DNA of 64,000 nt from Nitrospirota bacterium (GCA_035516965.1 DATIZR010000120.1:967-64966), one strand, 5' to 3'. Numbered from the stretch's first letter, positions 51,870-61,424 are shown. Translations and numbers: made by a program. Notes: a model not told the origin generated them from the sequence alone.

Positions 51870-53046
51870 AGACGTACCTTGCCTTCCGGATCGCAAGCGC
51901 GGCAAAGAAGACGATCGCGCCGGTCAGGAGGGCGAGGAGCGGCGCGATGACCAGCGAACCGAGAAGCCATTCATAGAGCCGTGCGGAGAACTGCTCGAAC
52001 ACTGTCTGGAACGAGAGATCGGTGAGCCATTGCCCGTGGCGCATATAGTATCCGACCTCGATGCAGAGCGCCGGCACCACGGGCGGCATCGCGATATGCT
52101 GGACGTTCAGGGACACGATCTTGTTCAGGTTCAGCCGCAGGGACACGTAGAGGATGACGAGCGAATGCACGAACAGAAGCGGCAGGACCGCCAGAAAGAC
52201 GCCAACTGCCGCGGACAGGGCAAGCCCCTCCGGAGTGGCGTTCTCCCTGATCAGCATCTTCAGCGCCTTCCCCGGGTGTCGCAGGAGGGAGAGGTTGAGT
52301 GCCGTTGCGGGCTTCACCAGTTTGTGATGCGGCACCGGCAGCAGTCGCCTGCCTACCAACATGGAATGGATGCCCGTGAGGCGAAGATTGTCCAGGAACG
52401 GCCGGAAGCTCGATACGCGCTCCCCGGGCTTCGGATAGCATACGGAGACGGGAACCGTTTTCAGCGTCAGTCCCGCCCAAGACGCCTTGGCAAGGACCTC
52501 GGCCTCGAAGTCGTAGCGGCTGCCCTTGAAGGTGAGCTGGTTCAGATAGCGGACCGGATAGGCGCGGAAGCCGCTCTGGCAATCATCAACCGTCACCCCG
52601 GTCTCCACCTTGAGCCAGAAGTTCGCGAAGGCCCTGCCGAACCTGCTCGAAGCCGGCACGTTCCCGGTATTGAAGTCCCGGGATCCGATGATGACGCTCC
52701 TGTCGTCCTCTTCGATTACCGGGAAAAACCGCCGGACATCGCTCGGGTCGTGCTGCCCATCAGCGTCGATGGTGATCATGAAGACGCCGCCGCGCTCCTC
52801 GATAGAGCGCGAGGCCGTGAGGATCGCCTGTCCTTTGCCGAGGTTCTTTTCGTGCTTCAGCATCACAACAGCAAGGCCGCCCAGCAGTGATGAGACGTCG
52901 GCATCCGTGCTGCCGTCGTCAACCACGATCACGTTTGAGAGCATGGCGAGGCATTGTTCCACGACGGTCCTGATGGTGGCCGCATTGTTATAGACCGGGA
53001 CCGCGATCCAGACGCGGCCGTCCGTGGCGTGCTTACTTAGGTGCAT
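51847..53046 (-). CDS. glycosyltransferase family 2 fused to a C-terminal polytopic (DUF2062-like) membrane domain
   Basis: ORF trimmed to the ATG at 53046 ('MHLSKHATDGRVWIAVPVYNN'). Contains 'VVDDGSTD' and 'TIDADGQHDP'. The C-terminal ~130 aa is hydrophobic. Confidence 0.75.
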   Translation of the reverse strand: MHLSKHATDGRVWIAVPVYNNAATIRTVVEQCLAMLSNVIVVDDGSTDADVSSLLGGLAVVMLKHEKNLGKGQAILTASRSIEERGGVFMITIDADGQHDPSDVRRFFPVIEEDDRSVIIGSRDFNTGNVPASSRFGRAFANFWLKVETGVTVDDCQSGFRAYPVRYLNQLTFKGSRYDFEAEVLAKASWAGLTLKTVPVSVCYPKPGERVSSFRPFLDNLRLTGIHSMLVGRRLLPVPHHKLVKPATALNLSLLRHPGKALKMLIRENATPEGLALSAAVGVFLAVLPLLFVHSLVILYVSLRLNLNKIVSLNVQHIAMPPVVPALCIEVGYYMRHGQWLTDLSFQTVFEQFSARLYEWLLGSLVIAPLLALLTGAIVFFAALAIRKARYVYVAGKGN

Positions 53047-54400
53047 GCCGCGCCCTCTCCTTGTTCTTCCCGGGAAGGAGCAGGTCCCACATCGGGCCCG
53101 TGTACCCGAGCTTGTGCAGGATCTGCAGGCTGTTGTCGTACGCGTCAGGCGGGAACACGCAGTGCCGCACACCTTCGAATGCCCTTGTCAGCCGTTCCTC
53201 AAGCTGCTTTTTGTCCACAGCGGGAGACAGATAGTAGACCGGATGGAGCATTCCTTCATCGGGCTTGATGAGGTTCTCCTTGACCGCGAGTCGGGCGAGC
53301 GGCGTGTCCGGGAGGATCCGGATCCCCATGAAGATGAACACGACGCATTTCTGCAGGGACAGGATGTTCCGAATGCCCTCCTCCACGGTCTCGGGCGTCT
53401 CGCCGGGCCCCCCGAACATAAAAAAGTGGGAAGTGGAGATTCCGTGGCGCGCGAACAGGTCATTGCATTCGATGACGTCCCGGAAGGTGAAGTTCTTGCC
53501 CATCTTCTTGAGCGTGGTGTCGCACGCGGCGTCGGCGCCTACTTCTGCAGCCGCGAAACCGGTCTTTTTCATGCGCTCCACGATCTCGTCGGTCAGCCCC
53601 CGGGGCTTGAAAAAACCCGTCCAGGGAATGGAGACGCTCCTGCGCTGCATCTCGTCGATCACCTCAAGGTAGGCACCCTCGTCATCATTGAAGACCGAGT
53701 CGACGAAGAAGAGGTATTTGGTCTTGAACCTGTCCCTGAGCAGCTCGATGTCGTCGACCACGGCCCGGGGCTCGCGCCGCCTGAGCTGCGAGCCTTCGAG
53801 CACGGGATAGGTGCAGTACACGCACTTATATGCGCAGCCGCGCTTCGTCTGAACGGACGCGATGTTGCCGCTGTGCAGATAGAACTCGAGCAGCCGTTCG
53901 TCGTACAGCGCCGACCCGATCCTGTCGCCGGCGATCCGCGCCGAGGGCCCGATGATAGGGTCGCGGGGATAGACACCCCGTGCCGCATTGTCCGCGAACT
54001 CGACGGCCAGGACCTCTCCCTCGCCGACGATGCCGTAATCCGCACCGGTCTCCTGCAGAATCAGCTCGGGGACCAGCGAGAAGCCGGCGCCGCCGAGCAA
54101 CACCTTTGCGGTCGATACCTTTTTCACCGTGGACACGATGTTCTTCACGTTCTGGATATAGTACTGCTCGCTCACGAGGTTCACATTGTCGATGTTGCGG
54201 ACCGAGATGCCGACGAGATCGGGCGCGTACTGCTTTACCTCGCTCCCGATGGCTTCGAGGGACGTCTTCTGCTGCAGAAAATCCGCCTGCAGGACCTCGT
54301 GGCCGGCATGGGTGAGGGCCGCCGCGATCATGCTCACGCCAAGCGGGTAGATCGGATAGGGAGACGTGGTCACATTCGCCGATATAAGAAGGATCTTCAT
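53033..54400 (-). CDS. B12-binding-domain radical SAM protein (lipid-cluster type)
   Basis: ORF trimmed to the ATG at 54400 ('MKILLISANVTTSPYPIYPLGVSMIAAALTHAGHEV'), which forms ATGA with the upstream stop. Radical SAM 'CAYKCVYC'. Confidence 0.8.
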   Translation of the reverse strand: MKILLISANVTTSPYPIYPLGVSMIAAALTHAGHEVLQADFLQQKTSLEAIGSEVKQYAPDLVGISVRNIDNVNLVSEQYYIQNVKNIVSTVKKVSTAKVLLGGAGFSLVPELILQETGADYGIVGEGEVLAVEFADNAARGVYPRDPIIGPSARIAGDRIGSALYDERLLEFYLHSGNIASVQTKRGCAYKCVYCTYPVLEGSQLRRREPRAVVDDIELLRDRFKTKYLFFVDSVFNDDEGAYLEVIDEMQRRSVSIPWTGFFKPRGLTDEIVERMKKTGFAAAEVGADAACDTTLKKMGKNFTFRDVIECNDLFARHGISTSHFFMFGGPGETPETVEEGIRNILSLQKCVVFIFMGIRILPDTPLARLAVKENLIKPDEGMLHPVYYLSPAVDKKQLEERLTRAFEGVRHCVFPPDAYDNSLQILHKLGYTGPMWDLLLPGKNKERARHAPK

Positions 54401-55668
54401 CGCGAGGTCCCCGTTACCATGTCCTTTTGCCACTTCCGCCGCCGCAGACGCGCCCCCTGGTAGGTGCCGTCCGCCTTTTCCTTCTCGATGACCTTCAGGA
54501 ACAGCTTCGCCATCCTGAGGTTCTGGCTGCTTTCCTGGTAAAAGGTGTCCCAGGCGTAGTAATAGAGGTCCTGAAGCCTGGACGGCGTCATCCTGGCCGG
54601 CTGATAGACCACCTTTCCTCCGGTGTAGTTCCGCCAGTCGTTCGACAGGATCCTTCCCTCCTTCGTCAGCGTTTCCCGGATCGGTGTGTGGGGGAACGGG
54701 GTCAGGATCGTGAACTCGGCAAGGTCGAGGTTGATCTCGAGCAGGAAATCCACAAGCCGCCTGATGTAGTCCTCGTCCTGTTCGTCGGTCCCCAGGATGA
54801 TCGTGCCCTCGACGCCGATGCCCCGCTCCTGCAGCCGCTTGACGCGGTTCCGGATGTAATCCGACGTGTCGAAGATCGCCTGGTACACGTACCAGCAGCC
54901 TGCCTGCGCCGCGAGATCCAGGATCTCGTCATTGTCCTTGATGGGATGGCAGACCCACTTCTTCTTGAGCGGGATCAGCGCCCGGAAGAGGTCTTTCTCC
55001 CACTGGTCGTTCTGCGCCATGGAGTTGTCCACGAAGAAGAGCCGGTTGTTGTCGATGGCCGCGACCTCGCGCACGACGTCGTCGATCGGCCTCGGACGGA
55101 ATTCACGTCCGCCGAGGAACGGCGTGCAGCACGGGAAACAGTTGAACCGGCAGCCGCGCGAGGCATGGATGAGGTCCACCATCTGGACGCCCCGGTAGTT
55201 GTACCGGTCGCGTTTGAGGATGTTCCGCCGGGCAGGGCCGACCAGCTTCATGTCCGGAAAATTCCACTGGTAGTCGTAGACCTTCCTGAGTTGTCCCCTC
55301 TTCAGGTCATCGATGACCTGGCCGAAACGGCCCTCTGCCTCGCCCAGGAACACGGCATCGGCGTGCGTCTTTGTCTCCTCGGCATGCAGCATGGTCCCGA
55401 TGCCGCCGAAGATGACCGGAACGCCTCTGCTCCGATAGCGGTCGGCGATCTCCCACCCCCTGGGGATCTGGCAAGTAAGCATGCAGGAGATGGCGACGAA
55501 GTCGACGGGTTCGTCGAAATCGATGTTTTCCACGTGCTCGTCGATAAAGCCCAGTTCGCAGTCGTCCGGCACAGTCGACGCAAAACAGATCGGCCCGTGC
55601 GGGGGGAGGTGAAATTCCGTCTGCCGTTCCAGTTTCGGCCATTGGGGGTATATCAGTTTAATCTTCAC
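54397..55668 (-). CDS. B12-binding-domain radical SAM protein
   Basis: 423 aa with a GTG start (GTGA overlap with the upstream gene). Contains 'VDFVAISCMLTCQ...VPVIFGGIG' followed by 'CRFNCFPC'. Confidence 0.75.
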   Translation of the reverse strand: MKIKLIYPQWPKLERQTEFHLPPHGPICFASTVPDDCELGFIDEHVENIDFDEPVDFVAISCMLTCQIPRGWEIADRYRSRGVPVIFGGIGTMLHAEETKTHADAVFLGEAEGRFGQVIDDLKRGQLRKVYDYQWNFPDMKLVGPARRNILKRDRYNYRGVQMVDLIHASRGCRFNCFPCCTPFLGGREFRPRPIDDVVREVAAIDNNRLFFVDNSMAQNDQWEKDLFRALIPLKKKWVCHPIKDNDEILDLAAQAGCWYVYQAIFDTSDYIRNRVKRLQERGIGVEGTIILGTDEQDEDYIRRLVDFLLEINLDLAEFTILTPFPHTPIRETLTKEGRILSNDWRNYTGGKVVYQPARMTPSRLQDLYYYAWDTFYQESSQNLRMAKLFLKVIEKEKADGTYQGARLRRRKWQKDMVTGTSR

Positions 55669-56336
55669 GCGAAACCTTTCCTGCTGCTCACGAAAGAGAA
55701 TTTCTGAATGATCCCCGTTACTTCCGGGGCTGACTGAACGATTGCCTGTGCAACGGGGAAACTGCAGAGATCGTCTGTTCGGCCGGTTCCCTCCGTTCCC
55801 ATGACCAGAAAGAGCGCTTCTTCTTCCCCGGCCGTTCCGGCAATCATGAAGGAAGCCTCCCGGTTCTCGATCATTTCAGCGGCCAGGTCGAGGAGCGGTG
55901 CCAGGGAATGGCCGCGGTCCGCGACATAGAACAGGGGGCCGAGGAGTCCGAACTGGATGGCCGCCTCGCCGAGCGGGCTCGAGGGCAGCGTGTAGATAAA
56001 AAGGTTCCCCCGGGACAGCGTCCTGCCGCCTTTTATGTAGTCCCTGAAATAGTCCAGGTCCGTGCGGAGCGATCCTTCCCGACTCGTGCCGATGAGGCCG
56101 ATGTCCCGTTTCTGCGGATCCTCGAACCCCGCGTCCCGGAGCGCGAGCGCCACGCCGGAGCATGCCATCCGCGAGAGGCGGTCGAAGCGTCCGAAGTTCT
56201 TGACGGGCCGGGGGAAAAGCTGGTCTCTCAACGAATCAGGGCCGGGTCCGCCGTCATAGATCGACCGCTCTTTCCGAACGATGCATCCGTACGCATCCTT
56301 CGTAAGCCAGCCTATGCCCTGTACGCTTATCGTCAT
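55665..56336 (-). CDS. half-size beta-ketoacyl synthase N-terminal-like protein (no catalytic Cys)
   Basis: 223 aa. 'MTISVQGIGWLTKDAYG' and 'MACSGVALALRDAG' resemble a KS N-terminal domain. No 'ACSS'-type nucleophile and no His-His region. Confidence 0.55.
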   Translation of the reverse strand: MTISVQGIGWLTKDAYGCIVRKERSIYDGGPGPDSLRDQLFPRPVKNFGRFDRLSRMACSGVALALRDAGFEDPQKRDIGLIGTSREGSLRTDLDYFRDYIKGGRTLSRGNLFIYTLPSSPLGEAAIQFGLLGPLFYVADRGHSLAPLLDLAAEMIENREASFMIAGTAGEEEALFLVMGTEGTGRTDDLCSFPVAQAIVQSAPEVTGIIQKFSFVSSRKGFA

Positions 56337-56387
56337 GCTCGAATAATCTTCTTTGACATTAGTCAGCCTGGCGCATGAGAAGCCGTC

Positions 56388-57509
56388 TCATGCCAGTACG
56401 ATCGCTGAATTGATGCCGCTGAACCCGGCATTCGTCACCAACGCATGCATACCCGTACTGACCGGTCTCAATCGGTCCGATACCCATCCCGCCGCATCAT
56501 CGTCGGGTGTGGTCAGGTTCACCGTTGGGGGGACGATCCCTTCCCGCAGCGCCCGCAGCGCCATGATCATCTCGACCAGCCCGGCAGCCCCCATGGTATG
56601 ACCGATGCCGCCTTTGATCGAGTATGCCGGGACTGCCGCGCCCGGGAAGACCTCCCGGAACGCCCGCATTTCCATGGCGTCGTTGTACACGGTCCCGGTG
56701 CCGTGGGCGCTGATGAACCCGATCTGTTCCCGGCCGACGCCGGCAGATGCCAATGCCTTTTTCAGGGCAAGGATCAGGCCTTCGCTCTCCCGCGACGGTC
56801 CGGTCATGTGATTGGCATCGTCGCTCAGTCCCCACCCGGCAATCTCGCCGAGCACCGGCATTCCCTCTCGCCGCGCCCGTTCCTCGCTCATGACAAGAGC
56901 GTATGCCGCGGCCTCGCCCACGCTCAAACCGGCCCTGCTCCGGTCAAAGGGCCTGGCCGGTGCCCGGTCGAGCGCCATGAGCGACGAGAAGCCGGAAAAA
57001 ATGAATTCCGTCACGCTGTCGCAGGCAACAACGAGCACCGCATCAGCGCGGCCGTTTTTGATCAGAGAGGCGGCCCGCGCTGCAGCGGCAGAGGATGAAG
57101 TGCAGGCTGCCGACATAACCATGCCCCCGCCGCGCGCCCCGCAGAGGTCTTCGACCTTGGTCAGGAGCCGGTCCAGGGTGCTGTCTTCCGGGTCTCCCCG
57201 GCCTTCGAGAACGAACCGCTCCAGGAGATCGATCTCTCCCTTGGTCGAAGCAAGCAGCAGCCTCGCATCAGCGGGGATCGCAGTCCCAGCATCCCTGAAG
57301 AGCATCCGGAGCATCTGCAGGACGAGCGAGCCGTCCCCGTTGTACTGCAGGCCCTGGACAATCCCCGCGCAGCCGGACTGGAAGGCCTCAGTCCTGAAGC
57401 GGGTGACCTGACCGATAGCCGTCCTGTTGTCAGTGACGCCTCTCCAGCAGGTATCCACACCAAGGCCGTAGGAGGTTACCATATCATGCGCGACAATGAC
57501 CGGTTTCAT
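56388..57509 (-). CDS. beta-ketoacyl-ACP synthase
   Basis: ORF trimmed to the ATG at 57509 ('MKPVIVAHDM'), ATGA with the thioesterase stop. Contains 'SAACTSSSAA', 'SAHGTGTVYND' and 'GIGHTMGAAG'. Confidence 0.82.
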   Translation of the reverse strand: MKPVIVAHDMVTSYGLGVDTCWRGVTDNRTAIGQVTRFRTEAFQSGCAGIVQGLQYNGDGSLVLQMLRMLFRDAGTAIPADARLLLASTKGEIDLLERFVLEGRGDPEDSTLDRLLTKVEDLCGARGGGMVMSAACTSSSAAAARAASLIKNGRADAVLVVACDSVTEFIFSGFSSLMALDRAPARPFDRSRAGLSVGEAAAYALVMSEERARREGMPVLGEIAGWGLSDDANHMTGPSRESEGLILALKKALASAGVGREQIGFISAHGTGTVYNDAMEMRAFREVFPGAAVPAYSIKGGIGHTMGAAGLVEMIMALRALREGIVPPTVNLTTPDDDAAGWVSDRLRPVSTGMHALVTNAGFSGINSAIVLA

Positions 57510-57991
57510 GGATGCTGGTGGAACTCTCCCGACTTCCATCTTTTCCTGACCCGCTCGATCAGTTCCGGAGATATGATGCAGGCCTCGCCGGTCCGGTGAT
57601 CCGTAAAGAGCTGGACCGTGTAGCCACTGGTGGCCACCGTGCCATCCCCTTTGAGCAGCTGGAATTCGGTGTTCAGCTTCGCTCCTTCATGCCAGATCAG
57701 AGATGCCCTGATCGTGAACTCCTCGTCCAGGAAGATCGGCCGGTAGTAGTCGATATGGAGGTCCACAATGGGCGCGCGGAGGCCCGCTTCGAAGAAGTCC
57801 CTGTAGGACAGTCCACACCGTCTTCCAAGCTCCTCGGATGCTTCCTCGAAGTAGAGCGGGTACCTGCCGTGCCACGCGATCGCCATCGGGTCGGCCTCAT
57901 TGAAGCGCACGCGACGTCTGATATCAACGACGATGGGAGCCGGCGCTCCGGCAATCCGCTCAAAATAGGTTGTCTTCCTCCGTGGTATCAT
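57506..57991 (-). CDS. 4HBT/YbgC-type acyl-CoA (or acyl-ACP) thioesterase
   Basis: 161 aa hotdog protein with 'VRFNEADPMAIAWHGRYPLYFEEA'. Confidence 0.75.
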   Translation of the reverse strand: MIPRRKTTYFERIAGAPAPIVVDIRRRVRFNEADPMAIAWHGRYPLYFEEASEELGRRCGLSYRDFFEAGLRAPIVDLHIDYYRPIFLDEEFTIRASLIWHEGAKLNTEFQLLKGDGTVATSGYTVQLFTDHRTGEACIISPELIERVRKRWKSGEFHQHP

Positions 57992-58000
57992 CGTCTCGTC

Positions 58001-58372
58001 TCAGTCGGTGAAGGCGACCCGCAATTTCAGTTCCGCAATCTTGGTGTCTCCCCGCGTGATCATCGTCTTGAACGTGAATTCGCCTGCATCGAGGACGTCA
58101 CTGCATGAGCAGGTGATCTCCTCGCCCGGGGCGACCGGCGCGAAGTATTTGGCAAGGACGACTTCCCGGAGCGCGGCATGCCGGTGCTTCGCCTGTTCCA
58201 GCGATGAGAGCGCGCATTGGATCTGGCATACACCGGGCAGGACCTTGTTGTCCGGGAAATGCCCCTGGAACCCGACGAAATCCGCGGGAAAGCGGAACCG
58301 GGACGTGACCGTCCGCTCCCGCGATTCCAAGGCGCTCATGCAGCGCACGATCTCAGCCTTCACCTTTGTCAC
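58001..58372 (-). CDS. FabZ/FabA-like 3-hydroxyacyl-ACP dehydratase
   Basis: 123 aa with a GTG start. Catalytic-His context 'FQGHFPDNKVLPGV'. Confidence 0.75.
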   Translation of the reverse strand: MTKVKAEIVRCMSALESRERTVTSRFRFPADFVGFQGHFPDNKVLPGVCQIQCALSSLEQAKHRHAALREVVLAKYFAPVAPGEEITCSCSDVLDAGEFTFKTMITRGDTKIAELKLRVAFTD

Positions 58373-59076
58373 TCGCGAATCTCCTTCTGCCGCACGATCA
58401 AGCGGTATCCGTTCCGGTAGTTCGAGAGAACAATGCCCATGGGATAGAGCCTGCCGTTCCTGCTCCGGTGCTCGTAATAAGATACCCTCCAGACAGCGCG
58501 GTGGTCTTCCCGGTACGTCTTGCTGGTCAGAGGCAGCCCCTCGCCGGAGAACTCATACTCCAGGGCCCCGTCGCCGGACCGCTGCCGGAACAGGATAGCC
58601 TGTCTCCTCTTCACCACACGTGCATCGAGCGAGGGTACGAGGTCCAGATAGATCCGCTTGATGTCCTCTGCGACCACTGACGCGATGTCCCCCTGTCGGG
58701 CCAGCGGTTCTATCATGTACTTGTGGGTCAGGCCGTTCCGGTCGCCTTCGAACTCTAAGATCTTGACGCCGAGGTAGTTCATGCAAACGACCTTGTATCG
58801 CCCGGCAGTGGTGTCTACATCGAGGTATCCGATCCCGGAAACGGAGAACCAATTATACTCAAAAACAATGGAGCTGAGCAAATGAAAATCATCGGGAACA
58901 GCTCTTCCGAACCGCTCCGCCACTGCCACAGGATCGGCATCGTCCACGGCGACTGGCGCCGCAGCGCGGAAGGGAACGGGCGAAGCGCAGCCAAACAGCA
59001 ATCCCGCAAGAAGCGCCGCCGGAACAATCGTTTTCACAGCGCCTGCTCCCGGTTTGCCGGCGTCAGGATGCTGCAC
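58369..59076 (-). CDS. lipoprotein (possibly DUF3261-like, as in aryl-polyene-type clusters)
   Basis: Lipobox 'LLAGLLFGC'. No enzymatic motif seen. The start is uncertain because the ORF overlaps the MMPL gene by 43 nt. The family name is a recollection. Confidence 0.5.
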   Translation of the reverse strand: MQHPDAGKPGAGAVKTIVPAALLAGLLFGCASPVPFRAAAPVAVDDADPVAVAERFGRAVPDDFHLLSSIVFEYNWFSVSGIGYLDVDTTAGRYKVVCMNYLGVKILEFEGDRNGLTHKYMIEPLARQGDIASVVAEDIKRIYLDLVPSLDARVVKRRQAILFRQRSGDGALEYEFSGEGLPLTSKTYREDHRAVWRVSYYEHRSRNGRLYPMGIVLSNYRNGYRLIVRQKEIRE

Positions 59077-61424
59077 AGCGACGGGACGACAATGACCGAG
59101 GAGAGGTAGCCCGTTGTCATGCAGATCACCATGGCGATGCTCGTCGAGTAGAACGCTGGATGCTTGGCAAAGAGGAGGACTCCAGCCCCGATGATGTTCG
59201 TCGCGGCCGACAGCGTCACGGCGACTACCGTTCCGATCCTGAGGTTGTACCGGTACTCATAGGTCATGCCGAGGCCGTAATCCACGATGACGCCGGTCGT
59301 CACGATCGCGGCGACGATATTCACCACGTTCAGGGGTATCTTGAAGATCGCCATGAAACCGATGAGCCACGTCACGCCCGTGATGACCGGGACCAGGGAG
59401 ATGAAGGCCTCCCGCCAATTCCGGAAGAAGAACCACGCCAGCACCACGTTGAACAGGAACGCGAGCGGTGCCAGGATCTTCGCTTCCCGGATCGTGAACG
59501 CCGATATGGAATCTGACAGCTTCCTGCCCGAAACGATGAAGGAGCCTGGATGGTCCCGTGCGATCGCGCTGAGAGCATCGACAGAGGACGGCTCGTCCGG
59601 AAAAAAGGAAAGGACCCTGCATGAATCGTCCCGGCGCACAACAAAGCGCTCCTGGATCCGCGCCACCATGCCGTTCGCATTATTATTTCCCGCGACCCGA
59701 TGGCTGTACAGCCCGCTGAAAAAGGGAGCGAAGGCCCGGTCCGAAAAACCGTATTGCGCCGAGGCCCGGCTGATCATGATCCGGAGCTTCGCTTCCCTGC
59801 CGGTCCGCCAAAAACTGTCCCAGCGCTGCGCATTCTCCCGTCTGGTCCTTTCCGACGCCCAGAACATCCCGATGTTCGTGAAATTCTCCGGGCCGACCAC
59901 CGCTGACGCTTCGCGGTACACGCGGTCATTCAGTTCCATCGCCTCTTCATAGGTCTTCGCCTGAACGACGAAGATCGCCTGGTTGCTCTTGCCTCCCCAG
60001 GTGTCGTGGAAGTTCTGCTCCGCCTTGAGGACCGACGGTTCGCTCCCGTCGAGTTTCTTCACGTCGCTGTCGAACTTAACCTGGAACGAGAATACGAGTG
60101 CCGCGGCGGTCAGGAGCGACCAGACGACAACGATCGTCCGGGCCGGCCAGCGGACCTTTTTCATCCGGTTGCCGATCGTCGGGTCCGACGCGAGGGAGTA
60201 CCGGTCCCAGGACAGGACGAGAGGAAGGACCGCGAGGGAGAGCCCCAGGCAGAGAAGCACGCAGAGCATCGAGAACAGCGACAGCTGATGGTATCCCCGG
60301 ATCACCGAGAAATAAAGCACGAAAAAGCTGAATACTGTGGTGATTGCGTCGATAGACACGAGCTTCGCGAGCTTCACCATCTGGGATGCGTCGGCTCCCC
60401 GCTTCATGGCTATGTAGACCAGAAGGCCGTAGTCGATCGAGATGCCGGCGATCGCCGTTCCGAACCCGATGACCAGGTAGGACAGCGTCCCCTCCGCAGC
60501 GCTCGTCAGGATGATCGACCAGAGTACAGCGATGATCGGGATGACGTAGACGAAGAAGACCCTCAGGTCACGAAAGACGACCAGGAAGAGAACCATGAAC
60601 GCGATCGAAGCGATCGCCGATGCGGTCTTGATGTCGCGGGTGATCACTTTTTCATTGCTCACCGTATGCAGGTGGCCGCCGATGACATCCGCGGTAACAC
60701 TCTCAGGCAAGCGCCCGAGCTCCCCTTCCAGCACCCGGAGGAGCTCTTTGCTCCGCTGGCTGTCCGTCATGGGAACAGAGGTCTGGGCGATCACCATCGC
60801 GTGGCGGCCGTCGCGGCTCACGAAGTGGCCGTCCTCGACGGCGACGTCGTAACCCATGGATGCGGGAAGGGCCTTTAGCTTTCCGTAGAGCAGCGACTTA
60901 ATCCCGAGCGGGTCCGTTCGGGAGAAGGATGCCGTGAAGATGCTCTCGGGCCGGAAGGACTGGAGATAGATCTGCTTGAGTTTTGCGGCAACGGCCGGCG
61001 GCGTGATCTCGTGGTCCAGCGCCGCCAGTTCATCCCCCGTCAGAACTTGCGGCGCATACTGGAGCACCGAAAACTCATCCATCGCGTCGGCCACGGAGAT
61101 GCCGGACATGACCTTGGTGAACAGCGGCGGCGTGAGCGCGGCGGACAGCTGGTCGACGGCGGAGAAGAGCTCTTTCTTTCCCTTTTCCGGGTCGTTCAAT
61201 GCAAGAGAAATGATGATCTTGTCGGACAGGTTCGATTCGCGCAGGAACTGCAGGCTCCTCGTGACTTCCGGGTCAGGGGGGAGCATGAGGTCGATGTTTC
61301 CTTCGTAGCGGATTAGGGTCAGCCCGGCAACGGCTGCCGCCGTGAAACACGCGATGATCAGCAGGACAAGCCGCTTGTGCGCCCGCGAGAGCTCAAAAAG
61401 GCGCGAAAAAAAGCGATCACCCAT
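59034..61424 (-). CDS. MMPL/RND-superfamily lipid exporter
   Basis: 796 aa. Two repeats, each made of a large soluble loop plus a hydrophobic bundle (for example 'IASIAFMVLFLVVF...', 'LAFLFNVVLAWFFF...'). Confidence 0.8.
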   Translation of the reverse strand: MGDRFFSRLFELSRAHKRLVLLIIACFTAAAVAGLTLIRYEGNIDLMLPPDPEVTRSLQFLRESNLSDKIIISLALNDPEKGKKELFSAVDQLSAALTPPLFTKVMSGISVADAMDEFSVLQYAPQVLTGDELAALDHEITPPAVAAKLKQIYLQSFRPESIFTASFSRTDPLGIKSLLYGKLKALPASMGYDVAVEDGHFVSRDGRHAMVIAQTSVPMTDSQRSKELLRVLEGELGRLPESVTADVIGGHLHTVSNEKVITRDIKTASAIASIAFMVLFLVVFRDLRVFFVYVIPIIAVLWSIILTSAAEGTLSYLVIGFGTAIAGISIDYGLLVYIAMKRGADASQMVKLAKLVSIDAITTVFSFFVLYFSVIRGYHQLSLFSMLCVLLCLGLSLAVLPLVLSWDRYSLASDPTIGNRMKKVRWPARTIVVVWSLLTAAALVFSFQVKFDSDVKKLDGSEPSVLKAEQNFHDTWGGKSNQAIFVVQAKTYEEAMELNDRVYREASAVVGPENFTNIGMFWASERTRRENAQRWDSFWRTGREAKLRIMISRASAQYGFSDRAFAPFFSGLYSHRVAGNNNANGMVARIQERFVVRRDDSCRVLSFFPDEPSSVDALSAIARDHPGSFIVSGRKLSDSISAFTIREAKILAPLAFLFNVVLAWFFFRNWREAFISLVPVITGVTWLIGFMAIFKIPLNVVNIVAAIVTTGVIVDYGLGMTYEYRYNLRIGTVVAVTLSAATNIIGAGVLLFAKHPAFYSTSIAMVICMTTGYLSSVIVVPSLCSILTPANREQAL

